Assembly: GCA_965178125.1 (NCBI GenBank)
Contig: OZ237763.1
Coordinates: 434,001-498,000 of the forward strand
DNA from: Bilabrum cf. latius
Taxonomy: Eukaryota
Direction of reading: 5' to 3'
DNA length: 64,000 bases
Made by a program: the position numbers and the translations under genes. Under the pieces are notes generated by a model that was given only the letters and a program-made list of their open reading frames with translations, had not been told where the DNA came from and made no database searches. Of this stretch, positions 38,556 through 50,477 are shown piece after piece. Position 1 is the first letter of the stretch. The number at the start of each line of letters is the position of its first letter.

Positions 38556-41500
38556 TCATAGAACCACAGAACTAGTAACATCACTGGCAAGCTTGCGCTT
38601 CTCCCAGTGGGCTTCAGCAAGGTTGAGTGAATCGAAGGTGCCGGCCTTCTCACTTGCGATTCCGAGAGCAAGCTCTCCAAAAACCTCTTTGAGGACAGCC
38701 CGCAACACCTCCTACGCTTCACGCGCTTCTTCTTCAGTATTGCTCAGCAGGACCCGTCTCCTAGCCAAGTACAGTCGCGCATCGGCGAATAGCAACTCCG
38801 GCAGGTCATCTCCGTAGATCACATCCATGTTGTCTTGCTGAGGGATTGGCTCGGGCTTCCTGCCAGGGCGCTGCTTCCCCCCCCTCGCTACAGAAATGGG
38901 GTTTCTCGTCTCCGGGTGGCTGGCCAGATTTTGCACAGGGTCATTAACAGGCTCGCTAGTGATGAGGAGTCGGTGCATGACCACGTTGCCAGAGGTCTAC
39001 TCCTCGCCAAGTAACTTGCAGTACAACCGGTGAGCCTCTGCCTGCGCATCCTGGCAAAGCAATTTCTTCAATTTGCTAGCGCCAAGTACTGGTTTTTGCG
39101 AGAACCCGGCTTTGACCTGGATACGAACCACGTGATAGATAGGCTTCTAGGGGCTGGCCTTGGTTCTCTGTTTCAGCACCATGGCGAGATCAGCTCCGAA
39201 TCGGTCTGGAAGCTCCTTGAATAGTTGACCAAAGGCCAAGAATTGCTAGGCCGAGGCCACCTGCGGACTTCCACTGTCAACGATTCCCCCACCGTCAATG
39301 CGACCCAACTGAAGCTCTTGATCGGGCGCGGACGGATTACTTCGATCCCAAGTCAGCTCCAACACCCCAGGTTTAGAGGAGTACACGTCTCTGGGCAAAA
39401 AAGGCAGGCGGCCCTTGTCCAGTACCTTGGACTTGAAGTTGCGCCGCAAAGACTCGGCGATTACCAATTCGTAGTCCTCACCGTAGTCACCCGTCGGAAG
39501 ATCAAGTGCCTGTTGCTCCCGAACTGTCAAGAAGATGTCTCGGGTGAGATCGATCTGCAGGGCTACTCTTGCGTATGCCAGATTGGGCAGCTGCACATGC
39601 CCCGAGCCAAGCTGCGGCTCAATCTCGTTAAACTCCTGTTCTTCGGGAGAGTTGTATACTACCCACTAGTTATCGTGCCAACCTCGCAGCATAGCATCGA
39701 GCTAATCTTCATAATACTGACGATCTGACGCAACCCGATCTGGCGGGAGCAATTCGTTGCTTACCTCTTCCAAGTAGACCTTGACTGTAGACACAGACAC
39801 TCGTGGCATGGCTTGGAAAGGATCATCATAGTTGAGCATCGCTTGCTCGCTTGCAGAGTCTGCGGCAGAGGCTCGCACGAGCGCAACTGCAAACCTGCTG
39901 AAAAGCGTTTTGCGATCCATCATCGCCTTGACATAATTTTTGAAGTTAACGCTAGTCCCTCCAAGCTCCCCAAGGCTCCTTGCAAGTACCCCATTCAGCA
40001 AATACGCGCGAACGACCCGCTCGCGGGCAAATTTCGCAGCTTCAAGCACCCGGTGGTCTTGCAGGTACCTCTGAGCAATTTCGACCGTAATTCTGCCGAC
40101 CGGCGCACCCTTGGTATTCCGTGCGTCCTGAACCGATGACCCAGACTAGATTAAGCGCACAAGGTGTTTCAAACTTGGCTGCACAAGGTACCCAAGCTAG
40201 TGCCACCACTTCCCAGTCTTAAGGTCATCTCGCTTGCGCAGGTAGTACGTTAAGGCCAGAACTGCATCAGCCGCAGACACCGAAGGCCTTTTGAGCGGGG
40301 CGTTAAGTTGCTTGGGATAGACGCTGGCGGGTTGCTGTCTTTTTGGCTGCTAACGAAGCAGCATGAGGTGCAGTTCCGGTTCAGAATACGCATTTGGCAT
40401 TGCGTTGACGAGAAACTTGTCACCCTGTAGCACCCGGCGCCCATGCACCGGGCCATACACTTCTTTAGCCAGGCCCTTCTGGGAGCCGGTCAAGAAGACC
40501 GTGGGCTTGCCCTCCTGCATCCTCAACATGTCTTCCAGGATATTCCAGAACCTGCGGGCCATAGTACGGTAGTGCCAGTCCTCGGATCCTTCGGGTGGCA
40601 TCTGCACCTTTTCAGCTTCATCAATAGCCAGCGCAACATGGATGTTATGCTCTGAAAGCCAGCGTCCCATGGAGGTGGGGGTGAGCTCGTCTGGCATGGC
40701 CCATTTAGGCGGACTGTCGCCATCAATGAGCCCTAGCTTGGCCAGGCCAGCAGCTATCAACGCGACTGGGCTGGCATACCTCAAGTCACCCATATATCCG
40801 GTGGGGTCCTTGACGTAGATACCGACATGGGTCATGGTCGGTACCGAGCTCATCCTCGGGTGGGATGCAAGGCTTGCTGCGGACTTCGAACCCGAGGAAC
40901 TATCGCCCGATGGTGCAAGTGCCCAACGCACGAGCGCCTTGCCGAAAATCACGTTCTAAATAAGCTCAGACTTGCCGTATCCTTTGAATCCGGTTATCAC
41001 ACCGCCGCGCATAACTGAAGATGCCCCCAATGTGTCGGCCGTGAGAGATTCTGAGATGAACAAATCCAACCAACCCTCACGCTCAGACCCACACCTTGCG
41101 TCCACGATCGGTAAAATGTGGGCATCAGTACGACCAAGAACGCTATGCACTTTAACTAATGCCTCTCCAATCAGCAGAAGCGAATCTCGGACCGCTGCTA
41201 CCAGTGAGCTCCCTTCTGTATCTGCTGCACTGGCGATGCGGTTCCTCACAGCAGTCTCCAGGTCGGGTCCCTTGAAATCGCCCTTGATTTCAAACTTCAA
41301 GTCTTTGGCGCGTTCGCTGAGTCGTGGAACCCAGCTGCAGTCAGGCACATCCAAATAGTGCGCGTCCTTGAGGTAGTCCTTCGGGGGGCGGCCATCCGCG
41401 ATGTCGGCAAGGGCCTCCTCTCGAGCTCTCCTTGTTGCTGCTGGCAATTCCTTCAGCACGTCTTGAACGGCAGCAATAAGCGACTGTATGCCACGATCAT

Positions 41501-42044
41501 AGTCTTCGGACAAAATGAAGTCCTAGAACTTGGTATTCAAGACAATGTGTAGCAGACCAGGATCAACAGCGCGCAACTCAGCGGCTGGCGCAAACCAGGG
41601 CTCTTTCTCGCTGACCGCTCGGCCGTTTGGTGCTTTATCTGCCCCTTCTTCAAATGCACCAAGCACGATGCTTGGCGATATATGCCGGTCTTGCTTCAGT
41701 TCTTGCACGAGAGAAGGTGGTACACCTTCAAGTACGGTTGCAAGCTCATCGAGCACGGAGCTCTGTACCGTCACGTCAGCGCAAAACTAGACACTGGGAC
41801 TGGATCGGATATTTCTACTCATCCTACGGATTTTACTCGTCATTATCACAAAGTTTTGAAGGCGTAGGGAAGACTCGAACGCTGAAATCCAAGTCTGCTT
41901 TGCTTGCACGGCAGCTGCTCGCCCCCCAGATTGGGAGTCTTGAACTGTCGAGCATAACCTTAGCGATTGCCATGCCAATGGTTTATGTGTTGCAGCTATC
42001 GAGGCGGGGGCGCGCACCCTATTCGTGCTTGCCCGAAGGCGCAA
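38556..42044 (-). CDS. P-loop NTPase + restriction-endonuclease-like protein (Crinkler/CR-type), copy B; start uncertain
   Basis: Tandem paralog of copy A in one frame across TAGs to TGA 38556-38558. Walker A GFKGYGKS, Walker B VALAIDEA, GADL...VRIQVK. Confidence 0.75.
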
Positions 42045-42415
42045 AGCCTGCGATATGTTGTGATCAGTACGTACTCTTCTGCATTAGTTTCCAGCGTCGT
42101 TGACAACATGAGCACTCAAGTACTAGCGTGCGACTTACCTACCGAAATTGAAGCCCGGCGAATACGTGCGAACTGCTGTATCTTCCTTGAAAACGAAACT
42201 TGTTCAGAGCTTTGCTGATTGACAGCACCTGCCGCTGGGAAGCCCGCATATCTCAAGACTCCTAGCTGCAGAGCTTCTATAAGCTGTTACAATAATGTGG
42301 ACGGAAGAAACGCACGATAAGCCCGGGGTAGGACGCAGGCGTGCTACAAGGATGTCTGTGAAGCATGGTCCAGTCCACCGTGACGACTCCGAGTCGGATT
42401 TAAAGTGTTCCACCC

Positions 42416-43400
42416 GAGACAATTCCCGGATCCTCGGCCCTTCGGCCATGCCGGCGATAGCACGGAGCACCTGGCGAGGCCGAGACGGCCGCCTCATCCT
42501 ACGATGGCTCACTGGGCGTTACCCTCGGGAAGGGACCATGCACCACAGAGGAGAACGCTCGGTACAGGCCGAGATGATGCGCGCGGAAGCCACGCACACG
42601 GACGTACCCTGGGCACCCACGGCAGTGGGGAGAGCACTATGGATGGAACACGTCAAAACGGAGCAGGTGCTGACACAGGAACACCGAGGGGACGCAGACT
42701 CCTTGGAGCTCTCTATCGTCCAAGGCACCCTCGAACAACTCCAAGAACGGTGCCGACGTGCAATCCGACGCTTGTAGCAGAGGGCCAATGAGAGCTTCGG
42801 ACGAGCCATTGAGGGGTTGTAGTCCTGCCAACTGTGCGTAGCTGAACAACTCAGCTCGGGCAGCCCAACAGCCCGAGACCTTGCAATCCGAGCCCACCCG
42901 CTCGGACACATACTGAATCCCTCCGAGAACTAGTTCATCGGAGAGTGGATGACAGGAACGCTGGGCCGTTGCGCCCTCAGCAAGGAGCTTCAGGTGCTAG
43001 AACGCATCTGGGCGAAGGGAACGGCAAGGCTAGCACGCTCCCGGATCTGGAGCAGGCAACAAGTCCTAGAGGCGGACTATATGGCGGTCTGGTGGCGAGA
43101 GGCTGAACGCCTCACGCCTCGCCAGGCCTTCCTCGCGCATGCTCCCTCACTGCGGACGTTCGACTGGGTCTGACTCCCAGGAGATCTCAACGCGATGCGC
43201 TTAGGACACGGGTCCTAGGCATGTATCGGTCTTAACCAGACCAACTATTTCTTCAGAGGCCTTTTCAGGTCCTGACTGGCTCCGCCAACGCGGGTACAGC
43301 TGGGTCCCCTGTTAAGGTGCGCGTTACTTTGGTGGCAGTCCTCGGATTGTCTCTGGTATTGAATTGCGTGCGAAAACTCTATTTTCTCTCTCTCTCTCTC
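42416..43400 (+). mobile_element. 5'-truncated non-LTR retrotransposon-like element with (TC)n tail, copy 1
   Basis: Absent at the equivalent site of the duplicated segment (~37515). Coding 3' end (LILRWLTGRYP...RTFDWV-TGA 43173) is read through 3 TAGs, followed by a 3' UTR and a TC tail at 43385-43400. Possible CACCC duplication at 42411/43400. No RT domain visible. Confidence 0.65.
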
Positions 43401-43883
43401 ACCCCAGGGTCCTGGGCCAGGGACCCTCAAGCCTATGCAATTTGGGGACACCAAATCCCCAAACAAGCCTTTTTGAAAACAGTCATTTGGGGGTTAGATC
43501 TATTTGGGGACGATCCAGGGATGCCTCACTCGCCGTTCCGATCGGCAGCCGAGGGGTAGCAGCGTGGTGGAGCTCCTTGCTATGAACAATCCAATGCGGG
43601 ATGCCCTTGCGTGTGCCAGAGCAGCCGGGTAATGGCTACCCAGGCGCCTCATGGTAACGGCCACTGCCTACAGACAGCGTGGGTACACTTCCTAAAGACG
43701 ACGAGTCCGCGGAGGAGCCCCCAGCGCCCACCTTTTGGGCTGCAGCTCGGGGGCAGTGAATCCACACATCATGATGCTGCCATTCACATGTCAAAAATCA
43801 TTTCGATCATCTTTCTGTTATCGACCCCGAGTTTGTCTCGGCTCCTAATGGCAGCCCTTGCTGCGGCATCCACGACCACCACG

Positions 43884-45536
43884 TTACCCGTGACCGGACC
43901 CGCCCTCGCCCATAGGATTGGCCTACGCAAACCGGTCTCCACACGCGCGCCCTGCCTCCCCTGCCACAAGCTTAGACATCGACTCCTCTTTGGACTGCAG
44001 CGGAAGCCCATCTCCGCTACTGTACCTGCTACCGACCTTCACGCCAGGGCGCGCTGCAGCAGAGGCTGTTGCACCGCTGGCCTGAGAACCACTTTTCGCT
44101 GCAGCCACCGCCGCGGTCGATTTGACTGCACCACAGAGCAACACCGCGAGTCCAAATCCACCCACAGCTCCCACAGCAAGCCCTCCAACTGCCGCTCCTA
44201 CCACAACCCCTACCCCGTACTGGTCACTCGAGGACCCCTCACCGCCGCAACCAGCCCCATCCCCAGGATCCTCTGATAGACCACCCTGTGCTGCCCCCGG
44301 CGTGCTACTAGGCGACACGATCGGAGATGGCGATACCGCTAGGTCAGGACTGGCACTTGGCAATGACGTGGCTGCACTAGGGATCGCGCTGGTGCTCGGT
44401 GGCGCGCTGGGACTGGGTGTGGTCGAGATGCTCGGACTGCTTGTTGGGGATGCCGACGGTAATTGCTACGGGTCACCGGAGCAGTTTCTCTCCGGTACAC
44501 CCTCTGCCAACCCCCCGTTTGGAATGAAGTCCACAGCTACCGGGAAATGGTCCGAGACCCGCTGTACGAAGGCATAGTCGGTCAGGTTAAGCGCAACGTC
44601 AAATCGGTGCACCCGCGCGCTCGTCTGGTTCAGCCTGGGCAAGAGCGATTGACTGGCTACGATGCGATCGTACGCGCAGCTAGATCCCGTGGCCACATTA
44701 GTGTCCGCGTCATCACCAATAAGCCAGTGGTAGAGGTCGGTCCTGTTTCTCATGGCGATGCCCGGCCACTCGCTCTCGCGGACGTACGTGCAGTCTGCAT
44801 TGAAATCTCCGACGATTATGACGTTGCCGGATCCGTTGCTGCAGTGCACGCCTAGAGATCCATTTCGCATGATGTCTAGCGTCGGAGAAGATCTGCTATA
44901 GGGCTGCACTACGCTGTTTGTGCCGCCACCGGTGCTCGGACCAGTGCCGAAACCTTCGCCGTTCCACACCGTTGCCACCCAGCGTGCGAACTTTTCGAGC
45001 TGAACAATTTCTTCGACTACCAAATCTGGCTTCATGTGAATAGATATGAATGCAAACGAGTTTGACTCGTCTTCAAGCTCTGAGCCAGCTCCATCCAGAA
45101 CCCGAAAGCGAACCGCGAAGGGATGATACGTAAACTTGCTTGCTAGCTCTTCCGGTGGTTCGGTTGCATTTACGGCACGCAATATGTTCGATCGATAAAT
45201 AATAGCGTGCTGCTCCTTCCGCCCAGCTCCAGATCGTTTGCTTAGGAGCATTTCATACTCTCCACCGGTCGACGGTGTGCCGCCACTGCCGGCCGGCCCC
45301 GACAACGAATTGACGAGTGAAAGCAAGTCCTGCGGAGCCGATTGGTCAATATCCTACACTTCTTGAATTGCGATCAAGTCAAAGAGTCTGACCGTGTTTG
45401 CTAGCGCAGATAGCTGGTTGGGATCCCCAGCTAAAGTATCACCAAACTACTGCACGTTCCATGACGCTACCTTGACCGCACCAGAGGGAGCCACCATCAA
45501 AATAATCGCTATTAGAGTCGATTGATTGACCAACAT
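43884..45536 (-). CDS. DNase I-family endonuclease with signal peptide, Ser/Pro/Thr stalk and C-terminal TM anchor, ~550 aa
   Basis: ATG 45536 MLVNQSTLIAIILMVAPSGA; motifs VASWNVQ*FG, IAIQEV*D, ISIHMKP, IIVGDFNADC, CAYDRIV, VSDHFPV; TM GVGVVVGAAVGGLAVGAVGGFGLAVLLC; TAGs at 45447, 45354, 44466, 43923; TAA at 43884. Confidence 0.9.
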
Positions 45537-45620
45537 ACTCCCAAGTTATTTCGTTTGTGGAGCTGGAGCTGCTGGAGCAGTGGAACCGGAAATAGAATTC
45601 TTGGCAAATCATTGGCTCTC

Positions 45621-46332
45621 CAGACTCCTTGGAGCTCTCTATCGTCCAAGGCACCCTCGAACAACTCCAAGAACGGTGCCGACGTGCAATCCGACGCTTG
45701 TAGCAGAGGGCCAATGAGAGCTTCGGACGAGCCATTGAGGGGTTGTAGTCCTGCCAACTGTGCGTAGCTGAACAACTCAGCTCGGGCAGCCCAACAGCCC
45801 GAGACCTTGCAATCCGAGCCCACCCGCTCGGACACATACTGAATCCCTCCGAGAACTAGTTCATCGGAGAGTGGATGACAGGAACGCTGGGCCGTTGCGC
45901 CCTCAGCAAGGAGCTTCAGGTGCTAGAACGCATCTGGGCGAAGGGAACGGCAAGGCTAGCACGCTCCCGGATCTGGAGCAGGCAACAAGTCCTAGAGGCG
46001 GACTATATGGCGGTCTGGTGGCGAGAGGCTGAACGCCTCACGCCTCGCCAGGCCTTCCTCGCGCATGCTCCCTCACTGCGGACGTTCGACTGGGTCTGAC
46101 TCCCAGGAGATCTCAACGCGATGCGCTTAGGACACGGGTCCTAGGCATGTATCGGTCTTAACCAGACCAACTATTTCTTCAGAGGCCTTTTCAGGTCCTG
46201 ACTGGCTCCGCCAACGCGGGTACAGCTGGGTCCCCTGTTAAGGTGCGCGTTACTTTGGTGGCAGTCCTCGGATTGTCTCTGGTATTGAATTGCGTGCGAA
46301 AACTCTATTTTCTCTCTCTCTCTCTCTCTCTC
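45621..46332 (+). mobile_element. 5'-truncated non-LTR retrotransposon-like element, copy 2
   Basis: Appears identical to 42695-43400, with a shorter 5' end and a longer (TC)n tail (46311-46332). Confidence 0.7.
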
Positions 46333-46516
46333 CACGGCATATAATTGAAGTATCCGCGATCACGAGCTTGATCTGGAGTATAAATGCATTAACACTTCAA
46401 CCAGATCTTGCGTTTGGCGGCGGTTAGTTCCGTCGCTTCGTGTGACAGCCCAACTGCCAGTGCGTGCTTGCATTTCCAACAGGCAGGCAGTTGGTGGGAT
46501 CCTGGCGTAGTATTGC

Positions 46517-47365
46517 TCAGCCAGTTTTGATTCCACGGAGGATTGAGACGCACTCTACGTGTCCACCAAGCTCTGCCGCCTCAATGGGTAACATCTCACT
46601 GCGACATGCTGCGCCTCGAGTGGCCTGTTCCGCTTGAGCATCCGCATGGACATGGCCTGTCATCAAGTGTCCACCAACATACTTGCCCAAGCGTAGTCTC
46701 TTAGATAATTCAAGAGGACGACCCTCCGCCGCGGCCACAAACACAAGAGTAGCGTCTCGCCGGGCTTGATGCGCGCGCCGAAAGCGGATCAAATCCCCAG
46801 GTCGAAAGCGCCAAGGCAGGACGTCCCGAACTGTATTTACCTCCTAAGGGCTGCAGTACTTGCTGATCAACCGAATACAAGTATTGCCGCATCTTCCCGA
46901 TTCTTGCAAGGCCCTCCGCAGGGCAGCGTGCGTCGCGAACTGCCACGGGTGCGTATCGTCAGTGGACCTAAACTACTGCGGCGATGAGGTGAGGGCAGAC
47001 CCAGTCACATATAAAAAAAAATGCTACGAAGCTCTGCGCTTTCGCGCCGTGACGCCGCCATGGGTGGAAGCCAGAGGCGTGGCTCACCACTTGCGAAGCA
47101 TTTGGCCTTGCGCCGGCATCTAGCAGTAGCACTGCAGCTGGGACGCTGGTCCGCCTGGCTGCTACATGAAGCAGAGAAACGGTCAATTGCTGCTATGTGA
47201 GTACGGGCTTTTGTTGCCACAGTACTTTGTTGAAGTCCAGAAGATCTCTGTCGTCGTGAAGGATAGCCGGCAGATCTTCGTGGTTTCTCAGTAGCCTCAG
47301 GAAGACATACATTGCTTTCCAATGATTGCCTTGGACTGCAACCAATAAAATTCGCCGAAAGGTCT
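46517..47365 (-). CDS. Putative multi-exon ankyrin-repeat protein (boundaries uncertain)
   Basis: Ankyrin-like segments ILLVAVQGNHWKAM, *QQLTVSLLHVAARRTSVPAAVLLLDAGARPNA and TLVFVAAAEGRPLEL, with GT/AG signals between them. Confidence 0.45.
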
Positions 47366-47920
47366 GCGATACGCTTCATGTTGCCAACTTGAAGGCACTC
47401 TATGTACGCTTTTCTTGGAACTCCCACGCATGCAATGTATGGCGGCTATTGCGCTTACTCTGAATGTGTACAACTGTAAAAATTCTTCAAGATCCTACTG
47501 CGTAACGAGACTCCCTGAAATCGAGCCTAGGATAGCAGAACATCGCTCAAGCTTGAATGTAGCGGCAGCATGAAATAAGTCGCACAGCACCATCACCCCA
47601 GCTCCCTTTGGAGTTTGCAGAAACAACAATGTGCTAGTACACCAAACGCTCGACCTGGTGTATCGAGTAGCTTGAGGCTTAGCCGAGAAGTCGTGAACTA
47701 GTCGTGCTGGCGAAAGGTGCAACATGTGACGAGCCTTTCTGGAGTGGGTGGCCAAATGTGATGAGGAAATACGAACAGTGGCACCTGCCGCCGAGGTGAA
47801 AGCGGGGGAGAATGCTACAATCCCAAAGACAACCTGGTGGAAGGATGCGCTGTAGCAACAAAAGGCTCGCTTATCTATTCGCAGCAAGCAGCCAGCACGG
47901 CATGAGATCATCCCGCCTCG

Positions 47921-49714
47921 TCAGTGCCCCCTCGTGTGCCTCCGCCCGTCGAGTCCTACCTCCACAGAAGCCTCCTCTCTCTTGCCCTCCTCCTATTCAA
48001 GCGCAGGAGCGGGGCCCTTTTTCCCCACGGGCCGGAAGCTGGGATCGGCCCCGTCTCCAGTCTTCTTCTACTTTCCTCCCTTCGATCCCTTGCCTCCTTT
48101 AGTCTTCTTGTTCCCCGACTCAATGACCACCACTCCCGTGATCGGATCATCTCCGCCCATCTCGCCTCCTCCGTCCTGCTCTTGTTCTCCCGAGTCGTTG
48201 CCCTGCCCCTCTACCTCTTCGTCTTCAGGGTGCACGTCTTCCTCCCCACCAGCCTGCTTCGGCTCGTCGTCCGCGGCTGGCGCGGGCAGCCAGCCCGCAG
48301 CGGCTGCGGCAGCACCACCACCGCTGCTGCTCCTCGCCTTTTCACCCTGAGAGGAAGAAGAAGAGAGTTTCTTTGACTTGCTGCCGCCCTCCTTGGCGTC
48401 CCCCGTGGCAGCCGATTCCATCGCATGGATGGCCCGGGCTCGCTCGTCGAAGAATACGCCGGAGGACCATCGCACCAGCTCGATGGAGGCAGATGCCATC
48501 GCCGCACCGCCACGCACCAGGCCATGGCCCATCCCGCAGAACACCTTGGCATCCACGGTTGACGCAACCCGGAGCGGCAAAGACACGCACACCCCGCGCG
48601 AGGCAGAGTCGCAGGCGCCCGCGGCCCGAGAGCAGCCCTCCGCAGCGATCTCGGCGCCCTCCAGCACCTGCGAGCTGAGAGAGCGCGGCGCCTGCGGAAC
48701 AGGCACGTCAGCCGGGGACACTAGTGATTCCTGGGAGCCGGCCCCCTCTGCCCGTGGCAGCATGCCAACCGCCTTGCGCGCGGCGCCCAGCGGCAGCGGA
48801 ACCGCCGCTCCGATCTTCTCGTCGGCGGCCAGCACCAGTTTGGCCACCCCAATCCTGGCGTCGGCACGCCCCGCGGCCCCCAGGCACCCCGTGGTCACCA
48901 CTTTGACCGCCCCCGTACCTGCGCGGACGGTCCGCTCGGCCAACGACTCTGTGGCAATCCTCAGGTGCTGCACCCTGCCCGATGCCTCCGAGAGTACTGC
49001 GGCCAGGGCGGATTGGGCGTCAGCCAGCGCCTTCGTTGTTCCCTCCCTCAGAGGGGCGGTCCTGGCCAAAGCGGCCGCCTGCACGGCGGCTAGGGCTCCC
49101 CTCGCGGCGGCAAGTGCCTCCGCTGCCGCCTCCTGCGGCACGTCCTGCGGGGGGAGCTCGGCCCACCTGGCCCTCACGGCAGTGACTTGTTCCCTGGCGC
49201 TGCGGAGGGCGAAGGCCGCCTGCTCGAAGGGCTTCAGGCCGGACACCTGGGCGGCCACTTTGTCCAGCTGTTCCCCCACGCTCTGCAGGGAACTGCCCGC
49301 CGACTTGGCCATGTCTGACTCGCTCAGCCTCGTCGCCTGCTCCTCCGCTGCTTGGGCGGCCCGCCCGAGACCCACCACGACCGCGGCAGTGGCGTCGGTG
49401 AGCGGCTGTCGCACGTACTGCTGGGTGGCCCCTGCTGCCATCTGCCTTGCGCGGGTGAGGCCGCTGGCGGCCTGGAGGTAGGCGTCCCCGAGCGCCGTGA
49501 CGAGGCGGTGCTGGAGCTTGTGCTGCTCGTCGAACTGGGCTGCTCGCTCCACTGCAGAGGAGCAGAGCTCCAGGGCCCTGCCGAGAAGTACGTCGAGTTT
49601 TTCTCTCTGCGCGTGGTGCATTTGGGTGGGGCGGAGGACATGAACGAGAATGGGCGGAGGGTGCAACTTGCTACGGGGTTGCGCCGGGTCGGAGCTTTGG
49701 GTGGATCTCGGCAT
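47921..49714 (-). CDS. Ala-rich amphipathic/coiled-coil hypothetical protein with charged tail
   Basis: 548-aa ORF with strong GC3 bias, extended 49 codons past TAG 48068 (second TAG inside) to TGA 47921-47923. Confidence 0.7.
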
Positions 49715-50477
49715 GTTTCTACCGATCTGTACTAGCAGCTACTCACCACGCCCTGGCTTGATCCTTCTTTGATCTTATCGCTTGCTTCTAGTAGCTGTGG
49801 GGAACTAATGTTGCTGGGAAGTGGCTGGAATCATGGGAAGAACGGTATCGTCACGGCGATTCAATGAGCCGGCGGTTGCCTTACTCTGTTTGCAGCCTCC
49901 TGCGTATCTTCGGTCAGCTATTTCAATACCGGTCGACCATCCTTGATAGTTGATGCATATCTATCGGCAAATTCCTGGATAGTGGATGCCATCTGCGGGT
50001 TAATTGAGGCTGATATCGGCAGGAACAAGGGAGATTGGAGACAAGTCGTAGAGCACATATACCTATCTCTCTTGCCTCATAATGCTCACTTCTCGGATCG
50101 ATGCGTACGCCAACGCGACACTATCTTGTGTGAGCTCCGTTGGTACCTCTGCTACTTGCTGTGCTTCAACAGAAGACATGTTGGAGTCCTCGGAAAGTGA
50201 TTCGGGCAAACGTACCCCAGCATTTTGTATCCGAATTGTTCAAACAACACGGTACTTTTCAAGTAAATATGATTTGTAAAATTCCAGGAAGCTCCTTCAT
50301 TAGGTTGAACGGAAAATGCGACTTCTAGCAGTATATTCAACTTTGGTTTCTTATGCTTTTGGTCGATTCCCCCCGGATCAGGACTGGTGAGATAAAATGT
50401 AGTCACTGGGGAGCTTGCAAGGTGTCCAAGAAGGAAGCAGTAGCGGCAATTGTTCCGCCGTCTCCGTCTCATCGCAG

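Noticed and set aside
46630-46720. Riboflavin synthase-like motif GGHLMTGHV
   Set aside because: No other riboflavin synthase sequence is seen, and adjacent residues fit an ankyrin repeat; likely chance.
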